From an uncultured Nitrososphaerota archaeon (GTDB lineage: Archaea > Korarchaeota > Korarchaeia > Korarchaeales > Korarchaeaceae), in NCBI GenBank assembly GCA_964618805.1, contig CAZUBM010000010.1, forward strand, positions 23,945-70,330: a stretch of 46,386 nt of DNA, given 5' to 3'. Shown here piece by piece: positions 38,187 through 46,386 of this stretch; positions within the stretch are counted from its first letter, which is position 1, and each line of letters begins with the position of its first letter. A program made the translations under genes and the position numbers. Under the pieces are notes generated by a model. That model was not told the origin of the DNA, made no database searches, and worked only from the letters and a program-made list of their open reading frames with translations.

Positions 38187-39219
38187 GATAGAACTTAGGA
38201 ACATTAGAAAGACATTTGACAGGATCATAGCGGTCGACAGGGTGAATCTTCTCATAAGAGATGGGGAATACTTGGCTGTCATAGGACCTAGTGGTTGTGG
38301 AAAGTCAACCCTTCTCAAGATAATATCTGGGATCTTAGAACCAGATGAAGGTGATGTATTGGTGGATGGAAAGTCAATCCTCGGAAAGCCGCCCGAAGAA
38401 AGGAACATTGGCTTCATATTTCAGGATCTAGCTTTATTCCCTCACATGAATGGTTTTGAGAATGCAGGATATGGGTTGAAGGTTCGAGGATTGAGTGAAA
38501 AGGAAGCATATCAACGCATTCTTGAATTTGCAAAGGAATTTGGATTTGATATAGGATTTAATAAGCTTCCTGATGAAATGAGCTCAGGAGAACAGCAGCA
38601 AGTAGCTTTATTGAGGGCGATTGCTTATGGAGCAAAAATCCTTCTTTTAGATGAGCCTCTTTCGGCTATAGATAGAAAGGTTAGCGAAGAGGCGAGGGAA
38701 AAATTGAGGAAAATCGTCAAGTCTAAAGACCTAACAGCAATTCATGTAACACATAATCAAGAGGAGGCCATGGCAGTTGCCGATAGAATCGCGGTTATGA
38801 GAAAGGGAAGGTTTATCCAAGTAGGCACTCCAGAAGAGCTATATTATCAGCCAAATACTCCTTTTGTCATGACGTTTGTCGGAGACGCAAGTTTCCTTGT
38901 AGGTAGAACGGAGAGAGGGAGGGTTGTGGTGAGAGGTGGTTATGAGATAGGATCTTCTAATCTTCCAGAAGGCGAGTTGCTAGTAGTAGGAATCAGGCCA
39001 GAAAACGTAATCTTTGGAAAGGGAATACCTGGGAAAATCAGGTTGAAAAGTTACCTAGGGGCTCTTGTGAGATATGAAATAGAGCTTGCGAATGGGGATG
39101 TTATTATAGCAATAACGGAAGAAGAGTTTGAGGAGAAGGAGGTAAAGGTTTGGTTCTCGGACTATAAACTCTTTAGGTACCCAGAGGAAGGATTAAGTGA
39201 GGCTATCTCACCGGGGTGA
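38179..39219 (+). CDS. ABC transporter ATP-binding protein (probable ATT start)
   Basis: GPSGCGKS, MSSGEQQ and LLDEP. The frame opens at ATT 38179 (xPEIELRNIRKTF), 6 nt after GGAGGTGA. Confidence 0.88.
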   Translation: MPEIELRNIRKTFDRIIAVDRVNLLIRDGEYLAVIGPSGCGKSTLLKIISGILEPDEGDVLVDGKSILGKPPEERNIGFIFQDLALFPHMNGFENAGYGLKVRGLSEKEAYQRILEFAKEFGFDIGFNKLPDEMSSGEQQQVALLRAIAYGAKILLLDEPLSAIDRKVSEEAREKLRKIVKSKDLTAIHVTHNQEEAMAVADRIAVMRKGRFIQVGTPEELYYQPNTPFVMTFVGDASFLVGRTERGRVVVRGGYEIGSSNLPEGELLVVGIRPENVIFGKGIPGKIRLKSYLGALVRYEIELANGDVIIAITEEEFEEKEVKVWFSDYKLFRYPEEGLSEAISPG

Positions 39220-39932
39220 AATTTGTGGGAAGTGTTAAGAAGTACCTAGATTATTTCAAAAGAAAAGAAACAGCAGATCTTATTCAAAAGCTGAACATGC
39301 ACGGTCTTAAGATAAGAGATATAGTTGAAGAGTTGAAGAAAGCAATAGACGCTTATAGAGATGGATTATTAGAGGATTCAAGATCTGCCATCCAGAGAGT
39401 TAAGTCATTAGAGGAAGAAGCAGACTCCATCCGTCGGGCAATAATGCTTGATATTGCTCGTTCTGAATTAAAGGTAGGAGATGCAGAGATCATAGCTAGA
39501 CTTTCTTCAAGCGTTGATACCGTAGGAGATGAGGCTAAGAATGCTGCTCTTACTCTAGAAATAATATTAGAGAAAGAAGAGTTGCTTATGGAAGAAGGGA
39601 TGTCCATAGGACATAAGATGAGGAATAGGTTAAGTTCGATGGCTGGTGTTCTAGTAGAAGAAGTTAGAGCACTTGCAGAGGCTATTAGATGCCTGTTTGA
39701 GGACCTAGATAGGTGTTATGATCTCATCTTAGAAGTAGAAAGGCTTGAACACGAGATTGATCTACAATATCACGAGGCAAAGAAGGAGTTGCCGGTTGAA
39801 ATGGGGATAAAGACGTTGTTCTTGCTTAATGATATATTGACGGAAATAGAAAGTTCTTCTGATTTGGCAGAAGATGCTTCAGATGTAATAGATATGCTTA
39901 GAGTGAGATTTTCTTTACCGGGAAGACTTTAG
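39216..39932 (+). CDS. DUF47 / PhoU-like phosphate transport regulator
   Basis: LEEEADSIRR, VERLEHEID and DLAEDASD. Confidence 0.85.
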   Translation: MKFVGSVKKYLDYFKRKETADLIQKLNMHGLKIRDIVEELKKAIDAYRDGLLEDSRSAIQRVKSLEEEADSIRRAIMLDIARSELKVGDAEIIARLSSSVDTVGDEAKNAALTLEIILEKEELLMEEGMSIGHKMRNRLSSMAGVLVEEVRALAEAIRCLFEDLDRCYDLILEVERLEHEIDLQYHEAKKELPVEMGIKTLFLLNDILTEIESSSDLAEDASDVIDMLRVRFSLPGRL

Positions 39933-40061
39933 TCTAGGTTAATTGATGCTTGGCTCTAAATTGAAAATCTTGAATGAGATTTTATTTCAAGAACTCCATT
40001 CTAAATCGCTGTAAACAAGCCTTAAGGTAGTTTAGGCCAATAAATTTGAGCATGTGTTAGG

Positions 40062-41099
40062 TTAAAACTTCCAACCGGTGAAAACGGTGCAAGACTTCCT
40101 TATCCAGCCCAAAAAACTAGTCCTCTTGAACCCGCATTGCTCCATAAGCTTCATATAACCCTTAGCTGTAGGAGGCATTTCAAATCGCTCTGGATCTCCC
40201 AAATGCATCATTACTAAAGCCATGTGTACGAGCTGATAGAAGGACTCCGACCAATCTGCCTTGGGGACCATGTCCTTCATCACAAAGACCCCCTTCTCAG
40301 ATAGAGCCTTGTAAATGTTCTTGAAGATGGAAATAGCTTCCCTTCTGTATGGAAGCATATCGGAGGAGAATGCTAGATTGTACTTTCCTGGAATGTCCCT
40401 GGTAGCATCTCCTTCTATGACTTTCAGCTTGTCTTCAAGGCCATAAGCCTTGATGAACCTCCTAGTGATTGGGACTACATCTGGAAGATCCATAATACAG
40501 CCCCTTAACTCTGGATGAGTCTTGACAAAGCCTATTGAGAAGATTCCGTGACCTCCTCCGACATCTATGAAATTCCTAACATCTTCGAAGATCCTGGCAT
40601 TTTCCATAAGCTCAAGCGTCCTCTGGAATTCTCCGGAAAGTGCTCTTAAGGCATAAAGCCTTTGTTCCTCAAAACTTCCCCAGAAACCGATTTCTTCACC
40701 CTTTCCTTCCCTTATAGGCTCTATCTTCCCTTGAACGAGCATTCTTCCAAGCCTGCTCCAGAAAGGGGAGTATCTTAGCTGGGAGTAGGTGTATCCCCAC
40801 TTGGCAAAGAGGGCTGAGGTCGATGTGTTATAGTAGAACTCGCCCCTCTTTTTAAGAAGATTTAACCCAACAAGCCCGTCTAAAACAACTCTTAAAACCT
40901 TTTCATTCATGTTTAATGAGGAAGAAAGCTTCTTAACTGTAGAAGGTCCTTGGAGGAGGGCTCTAAATATTCCTTGCTCTACCCCAACCGTGAAAAAAGC
41001 CCATTTCGCAGATCCATAAGTGAGATCGCCTATAAGGCCGAGATCAAATTCAAGAGGCTTCCTAAAGTCCTCTATCATCGGAATCTCTTTTATTTTCAT
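40062..41099 (-). CDS. SAM-dependent O-methyltransferase with N-terminal dimerisation domain
   Basis: FIDVGGGHG, MDLPDV and GDA. Confidence 0.88.
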   Translation of the reverse strand: MKIKEIPMIEDFRKPLEFDLGLIGDLTYGSAKWAFFTVGVEQGIFRALLQGPSTVKKLSSSLNMNEKVLRVVLDGLVGLNLLKKRGEFYYNTSTSALFAKWGYTYSQLRYSPFWSRLGRMLVQGKIEPIREGKGEEIGFWGSFEEQRLYALRALSGEFQRTLELMENARIFEDVRNFIDVGGGHGIFSIGFVKTHPELRGCIMDLPDVVPITRRFIKAYGLEDKLKVIEGDATRDIPGKYNLAFSSDMLPYRREAISIFKNIYKALSEKGVFVMKDMVPKADWSESFYQLVHMALVMMHLGDPERFEMPPTAKGYMKLMEQCGFKRTSFLGWIRKSCTVFTGWKF

Positions 41100-41161
41100 C
41101 AGAAAATGTCAAATTCCTCGGATTTTAAAGGTAAGTCACATCAGGTTAGTTAATTAGTTAG

Positions 41162-42007
41162 CTACTTGATGGATGTGCAGAAGTAAACATGAGCTAGGGA
41201 GATAGGCAGAGTATAGGCTCTGTCCATGACTACTCTCGAGAAGCTATCATGCAGAATTCTCTCCACATCTGACCTCTGATGGAGAACTCCTATTTTAGGA
41301 AAAAGTTTCCAGAGCATTGTAGAAGCTGAGCTAATCAGCTTTTTTGTAGTAAAGAATTGAGTGATGAATAAAAGACCTCCTTCTTTAAGAACCCTTGAGA
41401 ACTCCATTATGACCCCTTCGATGTCTCCAATTAAGTGGAGGGTGCCTATGCAAATAACCACGTCAAAGGTACCGCTTCTAAAGGGGAGACTGGCAACATC
41501 TGCACCTGTGAAGGAGATTGAAGGCTCAGCCCACCTTCCGTACTCCAGGGCCTCCAAGTCTATGTCTATTCCAATGAACTCCGCATCCCAACCCCTTCTG
41601 ATGTACTCCATCATCTGCCTGCCGTACTCACAACCAGCGTCAAGGAGTCTTGGTCTTCTTGAGGACTCAAGTCGCTTCTTTATCATTTCGAAGTGCTTCC
41701 TTCTTATCCTCTCAACGTAGGAGAAGGTCTCAGGATCCCTCAAGCTGTGTCTTATAAGCATCTTAGGCCTGACGAACCTTATCGAAGACCTAACATCATC
41801 ATCTTGGATAACTTCTGAGCCCCTCTTCCTCGCTTTTCTAAATGAGAAAAGCCTGAAAGAGTGCATTATGGCGAGCAGGAAGTCTTTCCTTCGCTCATCA
41901 CTCATCTCAAAGCCCATTTCATCTATTTCCCTGCTAACCTCATCTAAGTAGGATTTGATTATCTTTTCTGCCTCTTCTGTAAATGATATGGCCACCAAAG
42001 AGCCCAA
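41162..42007 (-). CDS. Class I SAM-dependent methyltransferase with N-terminal helical extension
   Basis: LLDAGCEYG, GIDID, LPFRSGTFDVV and RVLKEGG. Confidence 0.88.
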   Translation of the reverse strand: MGSLVAISFTEEAEKIIKSYLDEVSREIDEMGFEMSDERRKDFLLAIMHSFRLFSFRKARKRGSEVIQDDDVRSSIRFVRPKMLIRHSLRDPETFSYVERIRRKHFEMIKKRLESSRRPRLLDAGCEYGRQMMEYIRRGWDAEFIGIDIDLEALEYGRWAEPSISFTGADVASLPFRSGTFDVVICIGTLHLIGDIEGVIMEFSRVLKEGGLLFITQFFTTKKLISSASTMLWKLFPKIGVLHQRSDVERILHDSFSRVVMDRAYTLPISLAHVYFCTSIK

Positions 42008-42009
42008 CC

Positions 42010-42330
42010 TTACTGGCCATTTTCATTTTCTTTGCGTACTGGTTCTGTGGAAATCTCCCTTATAAGGGGTTCTCGTTTGCCGCCTTCGATTTCTATTTGG
42101 GCTCCTGGATATTTTTGCTGAAGCCTTTTCCTAAGCATGTTTACGTCCATGTCTTTCCCAACCTTCACCTTGACTTTCGTGCCTTCTGGCGTCTGGGTTA
42201 CACTTATTGAATAGCCGCTGGCAAGTTCGCCTTCTGGAAATTCTCTGAAAAGTTCATCCATTTCATCGAAAAGGGAACCGCCGAAAAGTTCGTCTATTAT
42301 GTTTTTTCTATGCTTTTTCCTGCTGCTCAT
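42010..42330 (-). CDS. Hypothetical protein
   Basis: 106 aa after a GGTGA RBS; N-terminus (LFDEMDELFREF...GYSISV) resembles archaeal Hsp20 N-terminal regions. Confidence 0.7.
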   Translation of the reverse strand: MSSRKKHRKNIIDELFGGSLFDEMDELFREFPEGELASGYSISVTQTPEGTKVKVKVGKDMDVNMLRKRLQQKYPGAQIEIEGGKREPLIREISTEPVRKENENGQ

Positions 42331-42635
42331 GGAGGCTCACCTTCAAAATGAACAGTAAAAACGTGCTTAAAAATTTAATTAGCCTCTCTTGGCTATTTAG
42401 GGTGACTTCAGCCCACAAACCCCAGAGAAAGTTCTTTAAATTCTAAAGGAGTATGATGGTGAAAAGGAGTTTTTATAACTATGGCTGAAGAGTTCGACAC
42501 CTTAAGCAAGTGACAGAAGGCCCATGTACTACGATGGACCTTCCAAAGAAGCTAGATGTCCTGAGCTTTAGAGATCGGGGGTTATAGCTGACCAAGCTGG
42601 AGCGCAGGGTCTAGCAGTCCCATTTTTCCAAATAC

Positions 42636-43040
42636 CTATCTAACCATATCCAAAGCCTCTTTAGCTCTTATGGCAAGTTCCCCCGCCCTCCCAGCCAATG
42701 TAGAGTCCTCTGTTACAAGCTTCAGGCCAAGTTTCTTGGCATAATGTAGGTACGATGAATCGTAGAAGGTCAGCCCTGTCGTGACCGAAAGTTCCTCTAT
42801 CTCCAAGAGATCCTTGGGGTCAATCCTCTGCATAGAGACGAGGCGAAAAATATCCTCCAGCGCCTTAGTAGGGACCTTCCAGTCTGAAATAACTCCTCTT
42901 CTGTAATCCCTCCACACCGCATTTCCAGCTTCGTACAGAGTGAGGTCTAAGACAACGCTTCTCACAGCCACCTTCTCAGCCCCATCCATCTTAGATAGGG
43001 GATAAAGAGCTGAAGCATCCAGTAAGAAGGTGGGTTTCAA
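42636..43040 (-). CDS. vapC: VapC PIN-domain toxin
   Basis: LLDASALY, YEAGNAVW, TFYDSSY and LVTED; TTG start overlaps the antitoxin stop. Confidence 0.9.
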   Translation of the reverse strand: MKPTFLLDASALYPLSKMDGAEKVAVRSVVLDLTLYEAGNAVWRDYRRGVISDWKVPTKALEDIFRLVSMQRIDPKDLLEIEELSVTTGLTFYDSSYLHYAKKLGLKLVTEDSTLAGRAGELAIRAKEALDMVR

Positions 43041-43264
43041 TGTTCCTCCCTTGCCTCCCTTATCGCCTTTACCCACTCAGCCTCGGGAAGCCCTTCCATT
43101 GACTCCCTGAACTCTTTCAGAGATCTCCTCAATAGTTCCTCCCTCTTCTCGAATATTGCTTTCTCTAAAGCCCTCTCAACGACTTCCTTTATGTTTATCC
43201 CCATCCTCTCTGCCTCTTCCTTTAGTTCCCTCCTCACCCTAACTGACAGCACTTTTGTAGACAT
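43037..43264 (-). CDS. vapB: VapB/CcdA-like RHH antitoxin
   Basis: VLSVRVRRELKEEAERMGIN and WVKAIREARE. Confidence 0.88.
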   Translation of the reverse strand: MSTKVLSVRVRRELKEEAERMGINIKEVVERALEKAIFEKREELLRRSLKEFRESMEGLPEAEWVKAIREAREEH

Positions 43265-43475
43265 CGTTAATATGTATACAGTAATCATATAAACATATCT
43301 CTTTATAACTCAGAATCTTCCTCTTGAAGGTCTTCAAGGAGCCTGAAAGGTACGAGAACAGAAGTTATGTGAGGAGGCGCTTGATTCGTGCAAGAAGAGA
43401 AATTTTCTATGACATGCGGATTGAGCATCTTGAAGTTCTGAATAAAACTCGCGTCATGTTATCAACCTTTCCTCC

Positions 43476-43637
43476 TCAAGGTGTTTTGCTAGGTCTATTA
43501 GCCTCTATTAGCCTCCTTATTACGTTGTACGTCTCTCCCTTCTTCCCAAGCTCCTTCAATATCTCCATAGTTTCTTTCGAAATCTGGATGGTTATAAGCT
43601 CCTTCCCGGCCTTGAATTTCATCCCGCTTGGCATCAT
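43476..43637 (-). CDS. Small RHH DNA-binding protein (antitoxin-like, possibly decaying)
   Basis: Manual translation ITIQISKETMEILKELGKKGETYNVIRRLIE (53 aa). Confidence 0.6.
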   Translation of the reverse strand: MMPSGMKFKAGKELITIQISKETMEILKELGKKGETYNVIRRLIEANRPSKTP

Positions 43638-44024
43638 GAAGTTTTGGAATTTGAAAGATTCATGATGGCATGATAATTAGATAATTTAGATATAGGAGAT
43701 GATAGAAGGGTTTTGGGATCTTTATTTAGATCTCTTTCCAAGTATTCCAAAAATTATTAAAGAAAATGATGCAATTGGAGTTAATGAAATGTTATAGGCT
43801 ACTACCTGTTTTAATTTTGCTCTTACTTACCCTCTTTCCTTCAATTAAAGCACTGCAACAACCTTCTCCTCTATACTGTATTAGAGGAATGTGCAAAGTA
43901 TGGAGCATAAAGGTATCAAGAACCACCATACTCCCTTTAGGTAGACCAGAAAGAAAGATTCCTCTAATATTATCTTCTACTATTATCAGTATTTTTTTAA
44001 AAGTCAGTTATATCATTGACTGTT

Positions 44025-45362
44025 ATGTATACTGATGTATTAATAATCGGTGGTGGACCCTCAGGAATAGTTACCGCTCTTACTGCAAGAAAAAACTATC
44101 CTGATAAAAAAATCGTTGTTCTGAGAAAGGAGGATAAAGTAGTAATTCCATGCGCTATTCCCTACCTTTCTTCATCTATAGAGTCTGTTTCAAAGGACAT
44201 AGTTTCTGATGAAATTTTAACAAAAAATGGCATAGAACTGCTTAAAGGTGAAGCTAAATCCATAAACAGAGGTGAAAAATACGTTGAAACGACTGTTGGA
44301 AAGATAAGTTACGATAAACTCGTCTTAGCTACAGGTGCGACGCCTCAGAAAATCCCAATTGAGGGTATAGAGTTGGAAAACGTATTCTTCATAAAAAAAG
44401 AAGTCCCATATCTAGAAAAACTATTCAGAACAATTAGAGAAGTTCAAAACATAGTAGTAATAGGTGGTGGGTTTGTTGGTGTAGAATTCTCAACAGACGT
44501 TGTTAGGCTAAAGAAGAAAATTTCAATCGTAGAGCTTTTACCACACGTGGTGCAATTAAACTTTGATGACGAATTTTGCATGCAGATAGAAGAAAAATTG
44601 AAAGAAATGGGTATTAACGTTTACACAAACACGAGAGTGGAGAAGATAATTGGAGAGAGGAAAGTTGAAAAAGTTCTTTTGAGCAACGGAAAAGAATTGG
44701 AAGCCGACATGGTAATAGTATCAGTGGGACTAAGACCAAACGTGGAGCTTGCAAGAAATGCTGGAATAAACATCGGTAGATGTGGAATCGTAGTCGACGA
44801 TTACGGAAGAACCAATGATCCCAACGTGTTTGCTGTAGGAGATTGTGTTGAAAGGAGAGATTTCATTACAGGAGGCTGCAGAAGCGTAATGCTTGCTTCA
44901 TTAGCATGCAGGGATGCAAGAGTAGTGGGAAGTAATCTTTTTGAGATGAAAAGACTAAGGAGAATAGTTGGTGACTACCCGATTTTTTCAACGATAATCG
45001 GTGACACAGCGTTTGGGTGTACAGGGTTAACTGAAAGACAGGCAAAGGAGATGAAAATGGAAGTTGTGAGTGGTGAATTCTTAACAGTAAATCGACACCC
45101 TGGTTGTCTCCCTGACGCAAAACAGATCAAAATCAAACTTCTGTTCGATAAGAAATCTCATCTGCTTTTAGGTGGTCAAGTGAGTGGAGATAAAGCCGTG
45201 GCAGAGATAACTAACTTAATAGGTGTTGCATTACAGGCAAAGTTCACCTGTGAGGACATATATTTGATGGAAGTAGGAACACACCCCATGCTAACTTCTT
45301 CGCCCATCGTTTATCCCGTCATTAAGGCTGCAGAGGACGCTTTGATGAAACTTAGCGCCTAA
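44025..45362 (+). CDS. FAD-dependent pyridine nucleotide-disulfide oxidoreductase (NADH oxidase/CoA-disulfide reductase family)
   Basis: IIGGGPSG, PCAIPY, LATGA, IGGGFVGVE, FAVGDC and THP. Confidence 0.92.
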   Translation: MYTDVLIIGGGPSGIVTALTARKNYPDKKIVVLRKEDKVVIPCAIPYLSSSIESVSKDIVSDEILTKNGIELLKGEAKSINRGEKYVETTVGKISYDKLVLATGATPQKIPIEGIELENVFFIKKEVPYLEKLFRTIREVQNIVVIGGGFVGVEFSTDVVRLKKKISIVELLPHVVQLNFDDEFCMQIEEKLKEMGINVYTNTRVEKIIGERKVEKVLLSNGKELEADMVIVSVGLRPNVELARNAGINIGRCGIVVDDYGRTNDPNVFAVGDCVERRDFITGGCRSVMLASLACRDARVVGSNLFEMKRLRRIVGDYPIFSTIIGDTAFGCTGLTERQAKEMKMEVVSGEFLTVNRHPGCLPDAKQIKIKLLFDKKSHLLLGGQVSGDKAVAEITNLIGVALQAKFTCEDIYLMEVGTHPMLTSSPIVYPVIKAAEDALMKLSA

Positions 45363-45366
45363 TTCT

Positions 45367-45714
45367 CTAATTTTTCTTTTTTCTTTTTTCTTTTTCAAAC
45401 CAGCCTACTTCCCTCATGATTTTTGAAGCAGCTCTATTGCTCGGTCCATCTCCCCTTGCGACGTTTACAGACACACCTTCTCCAACGGCTTCTACTACTC
45501 GAGCTACCGATTTATGCGTGAAACCTGGGCATAAGATAAATGCGTGAACTCCTTCTTTTTGAGCAAGTTCCTTGCATACCTCAACTGCTTCATCATCATC
45601 TTTAACTAAAACGCTTGTAAGTTCGTAGAGAGAAGTCCTAATAACACACCGGTGTTTAGCTGGATCAGCATCCGGAACATGTGCTATAAAGGCAGCCCTA
45701 AATACTCCAACCAT
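45367..45714 (-). CDS. DUF6506-like protein
   Basis: AAFIAHVPDADP and EGVHAFILCPGF. Confidence 0.7.
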   Translation of the reverse strand: MVGVFRAAFIAHVPDADPAKHRCVIRTSLYELTSVLVKDDDEAVEVCKELAQKEGVHAFILCPGFTHKSVARVVEAVGEGVSVNVARGDGPSNRAASKIMREVGWFEKEKRKKKN

Positions 45715-46386
45715 AATGATCCTATGTTTAGGGCATGAGCCTCGTTAAAAAGTTCGGTTTTGAAAATCTTAGCTCTCCATCTTACTCTCTCCTTTCCTCC
45801 ATTAATCTACAGGGTATTAGCGGACCTGTCCTTCTAGAGCGCATGAATGTGAGGGGAAGAAGAGAATATTAGGGCTATAAGGAGTTCCAAATTAGAGAGA
45901 ACTCCTTATGGAGGTCTTCAAAGAACTAGGAAGTTAGGGAGGTAGGAAACTTTAGGAGGAGGCTTGGAAGCTTGTAAGGGAGAGGTTACCTAGATAACCG
46001 TCAGGAATTAACTGTAGCTAACCTTTATTTCCGATCCCTCCCTCCATATCCTTTTTTAATCTAAGTATAGCTCTATACGCTCATGGATCTTGCAAGAGCT
46101 TGAAGAAGGTCTCTATTATTGTCTTCTCTCGACCTATTGCGTACTTTAGGGCCTTCTTGCAAAGTTACAAGCCGGGCTTTGAGGCCTTTGGATCTCCGCG
46201 GGTCTTCTGATATGCGTAGAATTAGGACCACCATAAATGCCCTCATGAGCGCTTATCTTTTCCCAGATATTGGTAAGAAAGTATAAATAATTGCAAAAAA
46301 TTAGAACCTATGGGTTATTCTCGCGCGCTCTATTATGGTGGACCAACTTGGTTAGATTCGTCGAGATAGAAGCCAAAAGCATTTTG

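Noticed and set aside
43324-44035. Plus-strand ORFs 43324-43665 and 43766-44035
   Set aside because: The first is the antisense shadow of the RHH gene. The second has no recognisable features and lies in AT-rich sequence.
523-45120. Many 60-214 aa ORFs antisense to or nested in identified genes and tRNAs
   Set aside because: They are shadow ORFs with Ser/Leu/Ile/Phe-rich composition and no motifs.
45877-45909. 11-bp hairpin ATAAGGAGTTC/GAACTCCTTAT
   Set aside because: Single copy in a degraded intergenic region, with no U-tract, transposase or target-site duplication.
1-46386. CRISPR array, rRNA genes, intact IS element or integrase
   Set aside because: No regularly spaced repeats, rRNA-like sequence or transposase/integrase motifs were seen.

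Overview
A gene-dense archaeal chromosome segment (about 40% GC by eye). The gene set suggests a TACK-type, possibly Korarchaeia-like archaeon, but that is inference only. It is mostly core information-processing genes: aMBF1, TFE, S13-S4-S11-[orphan]-RpoD, L18e-L13-S9, eIF5A, Pus10, L21e, RpoF, aRF1, HisRS, EF-1beta, FEN1, Pth2, Bud32, Cgi121, S15 and prefoldin beta. It also has seven tRNA genes (four with introns, two at apparently non-canonical positions), a box C/D sRNA, an ABC transporter, and three AT-richer accessory or decayed patches. The main finding is that the protein-L-isoaspartate methyltransferase gene (pcm), which looks frameshifted, carries a 28-nt GC-rich insert (30809-30836). 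The insert folds into a canonical bulge-helix-bulge motif. Cutting it at the standard splicing-endonuclease positions exactly restores the conserved TISAPHMV motif and the reading frame, which points to a tRNA-type intron in an archaeal mRNA other than cbf5. Also notable: an aRF1 with GGWSQ instead of GGQ, a probable ATT start codon, and tandem LysW-like zinc ribbons ending in Trp.
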